Shown one piece after another: positions 28,722-37,231 of a stretch of 46,042 nt of DNA. The translations under genes and the position numbers were made by a program. Where the stretch lies: positions 1-46,042 of the forward strand of contig JAAYZF010000130.1 in NCBI GenBank assembly GCA_012514975.1, in the 5' to 3' direction. This DNA comes from a bacterium. GTDB taxonomy: Bacteria; Auribacterota; UBA3054; JAAYZF01. Positions within the stretch are counted from its first letter, which is position 1. Each line of letters begins with the position of its first letter. A model generated the notes under the pieces. That model was not told the origin of the DNA. It saw only the letters and a program-made list of their open reading frames with translations, and did no database searches.

Positions 28722-29336
28722 TCAGTCTGTCAGACACCGCCGCAACTTCGCATGAACAGCCCTTAATTCACGGTTTATCTGGAGGCGGCTGCGCCGCAGA
28801 ATCGCGCCGATTTCGCCCTGGGTGAGCCGGTCATAGTGATATAGCTTCACGAGCAGCTTCTCATGGGAATCAAGACGGTCCAGCGCCGCCGCAAGTGCCC
28901 GCTCGTCCTCCGCAAGGCACACTTGCTCCGCCACCGACACCGTGAAGCCCTCGTCGGCGGCGATGCCGTGCGTCAGGGTGTCAGCAGGGCTGCCGAGAAG
29001 TGCGGGCCGGGCTGCGCGCCGACGCATCCGGTCGATGAGCATGTGGCGGAAGACCACGGAAAGAAAGGTCGTGAGACACACGCTGCCATCATACCGGCTG
29101 AGCACGCCGGCATCGCCGGGCGCGGCGCCCATGAGCCTGACGACGAAATCCGAGAACACGTCGTCCAGTTCCTCAGGGCAGTTGTGCTGCTGTGCAAGAA
29201 TGGCGCACATGGGGCGGACGCGGCGGAGCAGCGCCGTCCATGCCCGGTTGTCGCGGCGCACGCACGCCTTCGAGAGACGCAAGTCCTCGGGATGGCGAAC
29301 GGGGTGCGTCGCATGTTCACCGCTGCTCACACTCAT
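28722..29336 (-). CDS. ECF-type RNA polymerase sigma-70 factor
   Basis: Region 2 (AWTALL...DDVFSDFVVRL...YDGSVCLTTFL..VFRHMLIDRMRR) and region 4 HTH (LYHYDRLTQGEIGAIL...AVHAKLR). Confidence 0.85.
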   Translation of the reverse strand: MSVSSGEHATHPVRHPEDLRLSKACVRRDNRAWTALLRRVRPMCAILAQQHNCPEELDDVFSDFVVRLMGAAPGDAGVLSRYDGSVCLTTFLSVVFRHMLIDRMRRRAARPALLGSPADTLTHGIAADEGFTVSVAEQVCLAEDERALAAALDRLDSHEKLLVKLYHYDRLTQGEIGAILRRSRLQINRELRAVHAKLRRCLTD

Positions 29337-29455
29337 CCATGACGTCCTGCAACATACAGCGCTTTACACGGCGGCCGTAAGCACAGCCGCCGCATGCGTG
29401 TCCCCTGTCCGTCATCGAATGTGTCTGTCGAGTGGCGCTCGTCTGACGCGTTCCC

Positions 29456-29484
29456 ATGATAGCACTTTCGGCCGTGCACGTCAA
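29456..29484 (-). promoter_or_regulatory. sigma70-type promoter for the ECF/CHAT locus
   Basis: Minus strand TTGACG-N17-TATCAT. Confidence 0.6.
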
Positions 29485-29529
29485 GATGCCGCGATGAATC
29501 TGTCTGGGCGGGCGTGATCGGGCACGCAT

Positions 29530-29558
29530 TTGCGTTTCCGGGGTGCTTTTGGTATACT
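29530..29558 (+). promoter_or_regulatory. sigma70-type promoter for the rplY-pth-rpsF operon
   Basis: TTGCGT-N17-TATACT with an extended TGn. Confidence 0.7.
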
Positions 29559-29726
29559 GAGTGCCGATGCGATGACGCACCCCTCACGGGCGCCGGTTGC
29601 GCATGGGACGCAACCTGAATGAACCGAGGCGTCATCAAGCACACAGTTGATAAGGAATCTGACGCATGTATGTTGCGTGCGGCGCTCCGTGCGCCGCGCG
29701 TCTAACCGCCATCAGGAATGCCTGTC

Positions 29727-30425
29727 ATGGAACAAGCAGCTATTGCAGCCCAATTGCGCAAGGAAACCGGGACGAGCGCGTGCCGCCGCCTGCGCCGCAG
29801 CGACCGCATCCCCGCCGTGCTCTACGGACGCGGGAATGTCAAGAACCTGTCCGTCCAGTCGCGCGACTTCGTCACCTTCATGCATCACCTTCGCTCCGAG
29901 CACGCCGTGGTGCAGCTCGCCGTGGAGAACGAAGGCGCCAGCCTTAACGTCCTCATCAAGGACATCCAGCGCAGCAAGGTCACTCACGACATCATTCATG
30001 TCGATTTCCTCGAAGTCGACCTCGAACAGGTCGTCACCATCAGCGTGCCGCTCGAATTCCAGGGCGAGCCGGACGGCGTGAAGAATTTCGGCGGCGTGCT
30101 CGAACCGCTGCTCCGCGACGTCGAAGTCCAGTGCAAGGCGAAGGAAATCCCCGACCTCGTTACGGTCGACGTGTCGGCCCTGCGCATTCACGACGTCATC
30201 CATATCAGCGAGCTGCCGCAGATGCAGGGCGTCGTCTACACGGGCGACCCGGGCACGCCGGTGGTGACCGTTGCGCCGCCGACAGTCATCGCCGAGCCGA
30301 CGCCGGCAGCAGAAGGCGCCGCGCCGGCCGAGCCGGTCGAACCGGAAGTCATTGGCCGCGCGAAGAAGGAAGAAGAGGAGGAAGAGGAAGGCGCCGCCAA
30401 GGAAGAGAAGAAGGAGAAGAAGTGA
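29727..30425 (+). CDS. rplY: 50S ribosomal protein L25/general stress protein Ctc
   Basis: RRLRRSDRIPAVLYG, IIHVDF, GVKNFGGVLE and an acidic C-terminal tail. Confidence 0.95.
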   Translation: MEQAAIAAQLRKETGTSACRRLRRSDRIPAVLYGRGNVKNLSVQSRDFVTFMHHLRSEHAVVQLAVENEGASLNVLIKDIQRSKVTHDIIHVDFLEVDLEQVVTISVPLEFQGEPDGVKNFGGVLEPLLRDVEVQCKAKEIPDLVTVDVSALRIHDVIHISELPQMQGVVYTGDPGTPVVTVAPPTVIAEPTPAAEGAAPAEPVEPEVIGRAKKEEEEEEEGAAKEEKKEKK

Positions 30426-30991
30426 TCCGTTGGGTGGTTGGCCTGGGCAACCCGGGACGCGCCTATGCCGGCACGCGGCATAACATGGGGTTCCGCGTTC
30501 TCGATGAGCTTGCCCGGCGCGCTGCCACCCGATGGCACAAAGGGCTCTTTCGCAACTACTGGTGGTGCGAGATCAACGACCCGCGACCCGCATTCTGCTG
30601 CAAGCCGGCAACGTACATGAACCGCAGCGGCGAAGCAGTCAGGGCCGTGATGGCCAAACGCGGGTACGGGCCGGATGACGTGCTCGTGGTGTGCGACGAC
30701 GTCAGCCTTCCGCTGGGCGCCCTGCGCCTGCGCCCCGGCGGCAGCGCAGGCGGGCACAACGGCCTCAAATCGATCATCGCCGCCACTGGCACCGACCGCT
30801 TCGCGCGTCTGCGCCTCGGCGTCGGCCAGCCCGAGGGAGGGCTGGTGGCATACGTCCTCAGCGCGTTCAGGCCGGACGAGCAGCCGCTGGCGGAGAAACT
30901 TGTGGCCGCGGGCGCGGATGCCGTGCGTCTCGCCCTCTCGGAAACATGGGAAACAGCAGTCAGAAACATAAACAGGAGGATACAGCTGTGA
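30422..30991 (+). CDS. pth: Peptidyl-tRNA hydrolase
   Basis: VGLGNPG..YAGTRHNMGF, KPATYMNRSG and GSAGGHNGLKSI; GTG start overlapping the rplY stop. Confidence 0.96.
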   Translation: MIRWVVGLGNPGRAYAGTRHNMGFRVLDELARRAATRWHKGLFRNYWWCEINDPRPAFCCKPATYMNRSGEAVRAVMAKRGYGPDDVLVVCDDVSLPLGALRLRPGGSAGGHNGLKSIIAATGTDRFARLRLGVGQPEGGLVAYVLSAFRPDEQPLAEKLVAAGADAVRLALSETWETAVRNINRRIQL

Positions 30992-31272
30992 AGACCTACG
31001 AAGGATTGTTCATCATCGAGCCGGATGCGGCAAGCGAACGCTTTGACCAGGTCAAGACCGCCCTGGCGCAGGATATCGAACGGTACAAGGGCAGCGTGAC
31101 CAAGGCCGAGGAGCTCGGGCAGAGCACCTTGAGCTACCCGATCAAACACTGCACCGAAGGCTTCTACTACCTGCTCGAGTTCACGGTCGACCCGGCTGCG
31201 CTGACGGACATCCGCAACCGCTACCGGCTGAACAGCGACGTGCTGCGCTGCCTGATCACGGCGCGCGGCTAA
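30988..31272 (+). CDS. rpsF: 30S ribosomal protein S6
   Basis: MKTYEGLFII...LSYPIK...EGFY...VLRCLI; AGGAGG RBS and GTG start. Confidence 0.93.
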   Translation: MKTYEGLFIIEPDAASERFDQVKTALAQDIERYKGSVTKAEELGQSTLSYPIKHCTEGFYYLLEFTVDPAALTDIRNRYRLNSDVLRCLITARG

Positions 31273-31291
31273 TCCCAACGTGCGAGGCCTC

Positions 31292-32074
31292 ATGAACCCC
31301 CTGGCATCTCTCGTGCCGTGTGCAGGGCTGGCGCTCGCGCTGCTCCCGCTCGCCGGGTGTTCGTCCTACACCTACCAGGCGCAGGAATGGCGCGTCACAG
31401 CCGTCGGCGACGACGCCCAGGTCAGCGTTCGCTACACCGGCATCGGCGCCGCCACCACCAACCCGGTCGAACGCGCAGAAGCGCTTGACAAGGTGGAACA
31501 GCTGGCCGCGGATGTCCATCCGTCCAGCCCGCTCACGCCGTCTCTCAGGAACGTCACCCGCAAAGTGTACGTCGAGGGCAATTCGCTGATCATCGAGGAG
31601 ACCGGCACGCGGAGCAATCCGCTCTCGTGGCTCCAGCAGCTCAACATGGCGAACGACCTCTCGGTGCGCAGCGAGCACATCGTGCTCAAGGACATCGGCG
31701 AAGACCGCATCGTCCTTGCCAGCAATGGCCGCGTGCTGGATGAGGATACCTACACCCGCCTCTTCCGGAACACCAGGATGCCCGTCAACCTCGGCACCGA
31801 TACACGCTGGATGCGCGAAGGCGAAACGCGCCCGGACGAGATCGCCCAGGATGAAACGCTCCAGGTGATCGTCTGGCCGCGCGAAGCGCGGATGTTCTAC
31901 TGGAAACTCAGCTCGCCGTCGTACAAGGACTACCGCCCCTGGTATTCATTGGCGCCGGATTACCTCGCGCACAGACAGGTGCATGCCGCGGTTGACACAC
32001 CGCCGGCCGAGGACGAAGGCGAACCGCCGGCCGGAACTGCCGCCGGGGCGCCCGCGCCCGCCACCGCACAATAA
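31292..32074 (+). CDS. Hypothetical lipoprotein
   Basis: Hydrophobic leader ending in the lipobox LAG-C; no recognisable domain. Confidence 0.7.
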   Translation: MNPLASLVPCAGLALALLPLAGCSSYTYQAQEWRVTAVGDDAQVSVRYTGIGAATTNPVERAEALDKVEQLAADVHPSSPLTPSLRNVTRKVYVEGNSLIIEETGTRSNPLSWLQQLNMANDLSVRSEHIVLKDIGEDRIVLASNGRVLDEDTYTRLFRNTRMPVNLGTDTRWMREGETRPDEIAQDETLQVIVWPREARMFYWKLSSPSYKDYRPWYSLAPDYLAHRQVHAAVDTPPAEDEGEPPAGTAAGAPAPATAQ

Positions 32075-32106
32075 TCAACCGTTTAATCACTGACCATCAG
32101 CTTTCC

Positions 32107-32355
32107 ATGGCTACACAATCACGACCACGCCGCCTCGAACGCAGTTGCGCCTTCTGCGAAGACAAATCGCTGAAGATAGACTACAAGAACACCGAACAGC
32201 TCAAAGCCTACGTCTCCGATTACGGCCGGATCACTCCGCGCTACCTCAACGGGAACTGCGCGCGCCACCAGCGCATGATCTCAAAGGCCATCAAGCTCGC
32301 CCGTTTCATGGCGCTGCTTCCGTACGTCGGTTCACTGTCGGGCGACGAGCAATAA
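32107..32355 (+). CDS. rpsR: 30S ribosomal protein S18 (Zn-ribbon form)
   Basis: CAFC...IDYKN...[14 protein letters not shown]...[13 protein letters not shown]. Confidence 0.96.
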   Translation: MATQSRPRRLERSCAFCEDKSLKIDYKNTEQLKAYVSDYGRITPRYLNGNCARHQRMISKAIKLARFMALLPYVGSLSGDEQ

Positions 32356-32365
32356 GGAGCCATCC

Positions 32366-32809
32366 ATGGACGTCATTCTTCGTCACGACATACCCAAGTT
32401 GGGCAAGGCCGGCCAGGCGGTCAAAGTCGCCCCCGGCTATGCCAGAAACTACCTCCTGCCAAAGGGGCTTGCCGAGGCAGCCAGCAAGGAGAATCTCGCG
32501 CGCATCGAAGCCGAGCTCCGCCGCCGCGTCGTCGCGGAGGCAAAGGAGCGCGAGGAATGCCAGGTCCTCGCCACCCGCCTCGCCGAAATCTCCGTCACGA
32601 TCCCGCGCAAAGCCGGTGAGGACGACAAGCTCTACGGCTCCGTCACGAACGCCGACATCGCCAAGGCGCTCGAAGCGGAAGGCGTGGTGATCGACCGGCG
32701 GAAGATCGTCGTCGAGCCCGCCATCAAGCAGCTCGGCGTCTTCTCGGTCAGCGTTGCACTGCACGCGGAGATCACTGCCACCGTCCGTGTCTGGGTGGTG
32801 CGCGAGTAG
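32366..32809 (+). CDS. rplI: 50S ribosomal protein L9
   Basis: LGKAGQAVKVAPGYARNYLLP and KLYGSVT. Confidence 0.97.
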   Translation: MDVILRHDIPKLGKAGQAVKVAPGYARNYLLPKGLAEAASKENLARIEAELRRRVVAEAKEREECQVLATRLAEISVTIPRKAGEDDKLYGSVTNADIAKALEAEGVVIDRRKIVVEPAIKQLGVFSVSVALHAEITATVRVWVVRE

Positions 32810-32830
32810 CCCCTGCTGTCCGCGGCGGTC

Positions 32831-34240
32831 ATGTGCGCTGAAGCGACAAATGCCCCCTCGCCGGCCTCGCCGGCCGACCGCGTCCCGCCGAGCAATCTTG
32901 CGGCGGAGCGCAGCGTGCTCGGCTCGGTCCTCATCGACGACAAGTCGCTGTCCGTCGTCATGGACCAGCTCCGCGAGGATGCGTTCTACACGCCCGCCCA
33001 CCGCCTCATCTTCCGCGCCGTCCGCCAGCTCTTTGACAACAGGCAGGCCGTCGACCTCGTCACGCTCACCAATGCCCTCCAGTCCCAGGGCACGCTCGAA
33101 CAGTCAGGCGGCGCGGCGTACCTGACGGAGCTGTCCGACGCAGTCCCCACCACCGCCAACATCGACCACTACGTCAAGATCGTCGTCGACAAGTGGCTCA
33201 CGCGCGAGCTCATCCGCACAACGCGCGAAGTCTACGAGGACTGCTTCAGCACGGAGGTCGAGACCGAGGACCTGTTCGAGTCCGCCGAGCAACGGATTTT
33301 CCGCATCGCCCAGATGCGTTCCCGGCAGGATTTCATGGACCTCAAGGACATGATCCTCCCGGTGTTCGACGAGCTCGAGAAGCTGTCGAAGAAGGGCGGC
33401 ATCGTCACGGGCGTCGGCACGGGCTTCAACCGCCTCAACGAGCTGACCACCGGGCTCCATGGCTCCGAGCTGATTATCATCGCCGCGCGTCCCTCGATGG
33501 GCAAGACGGCCTTTGCGCTCAATGTCGCCGAGCACGTCGCGCTCGAAGAAAACAAGGCCGTTGCCATCTTCTCCCTCGAGATGAGCGCCAAACAGCTCGT
33601 CATGCGCCTCCTCGCCTCGCGCGGCCGCGTCGATGGCCAGCACCTCCGCCGCGGCGACCTCAGCAACCCCGACTGGGCCGGGCTGATGCAGGCGGCCAGC
33701 ATCCTCAAGAAGGCGAACATCTACATCGATGCATCGCCCCAGCTCACCCCGCTCGAAATCCGCGCGCGCTGCCGCCGCCTCAAGAGCGAGAATCCCAACC
33801 TCGCCCTCGTCGTCGTCGATTACATCCAGCTCATGGACGCACGCGGCATCGGCCGCGAGATCGACAGCCGTGAAAAGGAGATCGCCTATATCTCCCGCTC
33901 GCTCAAACACATGGCCATCGAGCTCGATCTCCCCGTCATCGCCCTCTCGCAGCTCAACCGCGAGGCCGAACGGGGCCGCGGCGACAAACCAGCGCGCCCA
34001 CAGCTCAGCCAGCTCCGCGAATCAGGCGCAATCGAGCAGGATGCCGACGTCGTCATCCTCCTCTACCGCCCCAGTTACTATTTCAAAGACCCGAAATACG
34101 CCGACCGCGCAGATATCATCCTCGCAAAACAACGCAACGGCCCCACCGGCACCGTCGTCCTCCAGTTCCTCGACCGCTTCGCACGGTTCCAGGACCCGCC
34201 GCAAGGCTATATGGATCAGTTCGCGGACGAGGACCTCTAG
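32831..34240 (+). CDS. dnaB: Replicative DNA helicase
   Basis: AARPSMGKT, FSLEM, VDYIQLM, LSQLNR, LRESGAIEQDAD and KQRNGPTG; no intein. Confidence 0.98.
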   Translation: MCAEATNAPSPASPADRVPPSNLAAERSVLGSVLIDDKSLSVVMDQLREDAFYTPAHRLIFRAVRQLFDNRQAVDLVTLTNALQSQGTLEQSGGAAYLTELSDAVPTTANIDHYVKIVVDKWLTRELIRTTREVYEDCFSTEVETEDLFESAEQRIFRIAQMRSRQDFMDLKDMILPVFDELEKLSKKGGIVTGVGTGFNRLNELTTGLHGSELIIIAARPSMGKTAFALNVAEHVALEENKAVAIFSLEMSAKQLVMRLLASRGRVDGQHLRRGDLSNPDWAGLMQAASILKKANIYIDASPQLTPLEIRARCRRLKSENPNLALVVVDYIQLMDARGIGREIDSREKEIAYISRSLKHMAIELDLPVIALSQLNREAERGRGDKPARPQLSQLRESGAIEQDADVVILLYRPSYYFKDPKYADRADIILAKQRNGPTGTVVLQFLDRFARFQDPPQGYMDQFADEDL

Positions 34241-34242
34241 AA

Positions 34243-34314
34243 ATGGAATGATGGAATAATGGAATAATGGAATAATGGAATAATGGAATGATGGAATGAT
34301 GGAATGATGGAATG
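34243..34314 (+). repeat. Octamer tandem repeat (ATGGAATR)x9
   Basis: Units in order: ATGGAATG, 4x ATGGAATA, 4x ATGGAATG, starting 2 nt after the dnaB stop. Confidence 0.95.
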
Positions 34315-34369
34315 AGTGGATGGCTGGGTGGCCGGGTGGTTGATAACGGTCATCCCGCTCCCCCAAGTT

Positions 34370-34400
34370 TCAAATGTTAAATGTCAAATGTCAGATGTCA
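34370..34400 (+). repeat. Heptamer tandem repeat (TCAAATG-like) x4
   Basis: tcaaatg ttaaatg tcaaatg tcagatg tca, upstream of metK. Confidence 0.8.
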
Positions 34401-34427
34401 TATACCCGAACCCTCACTCCCCGACCC

Positions 34428-35597
34428 ATGAAAAACAAGCTCTTCACCTCCGAAGCAGTCTCAATGGGCCACCCGGACAAAGTGGCCGACCAGATCAGCG
34501 ATGGCGTCCTTGATGCGGTGCTGAAGCAGGACCCGCGCGGGCGCGTCGCCTGCGAGACCCTCTGCACCACCGGTCTCGTCGTCATCGCCGGCGAGATCAC
34601 CACGTCTGCCGAGCTCAACTTCACTGACATCGCCCGCCAGACAATCGCCGATATCGGCTACACCGACCCGACGCTCGGGTTCAGCGCCGACTCGTGCGGC
34701 ATCGTCGTGGCCGTCAAGGGCCAGTCGCCCGACATCAGCCAGGGCGTCACCGCCGGCCAGGGCCTTCACAAGGAACAGGGCGCCGGCGACCAGGGCATGA
34801 TGTTCGGCTACGCATGCAATGAAACGCCCGAGCTGATGCCCATGCCCATCATGCATGCGCGCCGCATTCTCAACGAGCTCGCGCGCCAGCGCTTCACGAA
34901 ACGCATCCCATGGCTGCGCCCAGACAGCAAATCGCAGGTCACCATCGAGTACGATGCGAAGAACCGCCCGGTCCGCGTCCACACCGTCGTCGTCTCCACC
35001 CAGCACGATCCGAGCGTGAAACACGCAAAGATCGCGAAGGACGTCATCGACAAAGTCGTGCGCAAAGTCATCCCCGCCCGCCTGCTCGACAGGAACACCA
35101 TCTTCCACATCAACCCCACCGGCCGCTTCGTCATCGGCGGGCCGCATGGCGACTCGGGCCTCACGGGCCGCAAGATCATCGTCGACACGTACGGCGGCAG
35201 CGGGCGGCACGGCGGCGGCGCGTTCTCCGGCAAAGACCCGAGCAAGGTCGACCGCAGCGCGGCGTACATGATGCGCTACATCGCGAAGAACATCGTCGCC
35301 GCAAAAATCGCCGCGCGATGCGAAGTGCAGGTCGCCTATGCGATCGGTGTCGCACGCCCGATCTCGGTCAGTGTCGACACCTTTGGCACGGGCGTCCTTG
35401 ACGACGTGAGGATCGCCGCGTCGATCGAAAAGGTCTTCGACCTCCGCCCGGCGGCGATCATCAGCGATCTGAAGCTGCTCCGGCCGATCTATGTGAAGAC
35501 CGCCCGGTACGGCCATTTCGGCATCAACGACCCCGACTACACGTGGGAAAAAACCGACAAGACCGCTGCCCTGCGCAAGGCGCTCGGCCTGAAGTAA
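34428..35597 (+). CDS. metK: S-adenosylmethionine synthetase
   Basis: [30 protein letters not shown] and [16 protein letters not shown]. Confidence 0.98.
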   Translation: MKNKLFTSEAVSMGHPDKVADQISDGVLDAVLKQDPRGRVACETLCTTGLVVIAGEITTSAELNFTDIARQTIADIGYTDPTLGFSADSCGIVVAVKGQSPDISQGVTAGQGLHKEQGAGDQGMMFGYACNETPELMPMPIMHARRILNELARQRFTKRIPWLRPDSKSQVTIEYDAKNRPVRVHTVVVSTQHDPSVKHAKIAKDVIDKVVRKVIPARLLDRNTIFHINPTGRFVIGGPHGDSGLTGRKIIVDTYGGSGRHGGGAFSGKDPSKVDRSAAYMMRYIAKNIVAAKIAARCEVQVAYAIGVARPISVSVDTFGTGVLDDVRIAASIEKVFDLRPAAIISDLKLLRPIYVKTARYGHFGINDPDYTWEKTDKTAALRKALGLK

Positions 35598-35624
35598 CCG
35601 TACCCAACGCAGTTATCGCACATC

Positions 35625-35660
35625 AAGCCCCGCTGGACACCTGTCCAGCGGGGCTTCTTC
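35625..35660 (+). terminator. Rho-independent terminator after metK
   Basis: aagccccgctggaca-cc-tgtccagcggggctt-cttc: a long GC-rich inverted repeat followed by a short T-rich tail. Confidence 0.8.
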
Positions 35661-35744
35661 ATGCCTAGGTGAGTGGCCGAGGCTGTGCCTTGGTAAGTGA
35701 AAGTCCCCGGGCCCTCGGACCGCACGGAAGCCGTGGGCGTGAAC

Positions 35745-35774
35745 CGTGGCGCGGAATGCCATTCCGCGTCTACG
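35745..35774 (-). repeat. REP-like GTAG palindrome (single copy in window)
   Basis: Minus strand cGTAGacgcggaatggcattccgcgccacg: a GTAG tetranucleotide followed by a GC-rich palindrome. Confidence 0.45.
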
Positions 35775-35892
35775 TGAGCGGCGGCCGTTCATGGATGCGT
35801 ACGCTGCTGCTTCATGGCGCGTCCCGTCCACGCCTTCGGCGGGTGCCCCAAATCTGTTGCGCCGCCGTGTGCGCAACGGATTTGCAGCGCAG

Positions 35893-35921
35893 TTGCGCCT
35901 CGCGCTGCGAAACCGTATAAT
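35893..35921 (+). promoter_or_regulatory. sigma70 promoter placed for a leaderless uxaE mRNA
   Basis: TTGCGC-N17-TATAAT, then 6 nt, then ATG 35928; no SD. Confidence 0.7.
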
Positions 35922-35927
35922 CTCCGC

Positions 35928-37181
35928 ATGGAACTGTCACGCTTCTCGATTGGCACAGGCGACCGGTTCGGCAGGCAGGGCGTTGCGCAATTGCGTGCGC
36001 TCGAGCAGGCCGCCGAAGCAGGCATCGCCGTCACTCCCGTGTGGAACAAATCCTTCCGTGAACACTCGATCATCGGCACCTCGCCGCGCGATACCCGTGC
36101 AGCGGCTGATGCTGCCGTGCGCGCGGCCGGGTGGAACAAACCATACCGCGTTGATGCCGATCATATTAACTTGAAGAACGTCGACGGTTTCATCGACAGT
36201 TGCGATTTCTTCACCATCGATGTCGCCGAGTCGATCGGCGCGCCGGCCAGTGATGCAGCGCGTGCCGCGTTCACAAATGCGTGCCGGCCGCTGCTGGGCA
36301 CGCACCAGCTCAGCGGCATTGACAAGCCGTTCGTCATCGATGAACCGGCCGTCAAACGGATCGCCGCGCGCTATGCGGCCGCATGCGCTGAAGCTGCGCG
36401 GATTTTCCGGCATGTCCACGCGCGCAATCCCGGCGGATTCATCACCGAAGTGTCAATGGACGAATGCGCCGACCCGCAGACACCACTCGAGCTGTTGATG
36501 ATCCTCGCCGCGCTTGCTGCGCACAAGGTACCTGCGCAGACCATCGCGCCGAAGTTCACCGGCCGGTTCAACAAGGGTGTTGACTATGCCGGCGACGTTG
36601 CGCAGTTCGCGCGTGAGTTCTCCGACGATGTTGCCGTGGCCGCGTATGCAGTGAAAGCCTTCGGCCTGCCTGATTCGCTGAAGCTCAGCGTCCACTCGGG
36701 CAGCGACAAATTTTCGCTCTATCCGCACATCAAACAGCGCCTCGGGAATACCGGCGCGGGCGTCCATCTGAAGACCGCGGGCACGACGTGGCTCGAAGAG
36801 ATCACCGGGCTCGCCGAGGCGGGCGGAGACGGGCTTGTGATCGCGAAGGAAGTGTACACGAAGGCCCTCGGGCGCTTTGACGAGCTGTGCAAGCCGTACG
36901 CGACGGTGATCGACATTGACCGGGCAAAACTGCCTGCGCCGGCCGTGGTGCAGCGCTGGACGGCCGGGCAGTTTGTGGCGGCGGTGGCGCATGAGCCGGG
37001 ATGCGTGGGATTCAATGCGAATGTGCGGCAGTTGCTGCACGTGGGATACAAGGTGGCGGCGGAGATGGGCGCGCGGTTCCTCGATGCGCTCGCGGCGAAC
37101 GAGGCGGTGATCGGCAGGCGCGTCACGGACAATCTCTACCGCAAGCACCTCCTGTCAGTTTTCCCGAAGCGGCAAGACTGA
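35928..37181 (+). CDS. uxaE: Tagaturonate/fructuronate epimerase family protein
   Basis: FSIGTGDRF, VDADHI, EVSMDE, KLSVHSGSDKFSLY, HLKTAGTTWLE and RQLLHVGYK. Confidence 0.8.
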   Translation: MELSRFSIGTGDRFGRQGVAQLRALEQAAEAGIAVTPVWNKSFREHSIIGTSPRDTRAAADAAVRAAGWNKPYRVDADHINLKNVDGFIDSCDFFTIDVAESIGAPASDAARAAFTNACRPLLGTHQLSGIDKPFVIDEPAVKRIAARYAAACAEAARIFRHVHARNPGGFITEVSMDECADPQTPLELLMILAALAAHKVPAQTIAPKFTGRFNKGVDYAGDVAQFAREFSDDVAVAAYAVKAFGLPDSLKLSVHSGSDKFSLYPHIKQRLGNTGAGVHLKTAGTTWLEEITGLAEAGGDGLVIAKEVYTKALGRFDELCKPYATVIDIDRAKLPAPAVVQRWTAGQFVAAVAHEPGCVGFNANVRQLLHVGYKVAAEMGARFLDALAANEAVIGRRVTDNLYRKHLLSVFPKRQD

Positions 37182-37231
37182 AGAGCCAGAGTGGCTGATC
37201 CCGCAGGGCGGGATTGGCAAGTACGGGCCGC

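Noticed and set aside
18881-29336. tRNA-anchored genomic island carrying the CHAT/ECF locus
   Set aside because: The locus lies on the 5' side of the tRNA, there is no integrase, and I found no duplicated tRNA 3' end.
32831-34240. Intein in DnaB
   Set aside because: Normal length (469 aa) with contiguous helicase motifs.
34243-34314. Possible CRISPR array
   Set aside because: Contiguous 8-nt units with no spacers, and no cas genes in the window.
34315-34427. SAM riboswitch upstream of metK
   Set aside because: No SAM-I (ATC...GAT P1, GCAACC) or SAM-II core is recognisable; the region is short and repeat-filled.
35700-35750. SRP RNA, RNase P RNA or tRNA-Sec
   Set aside because: Only short resemblances (GCGTGAACC, GAAAGTCC); the SRP CAGG...GGAA...AGCAG core, the RNase P length and a cloverleaf are all absent.
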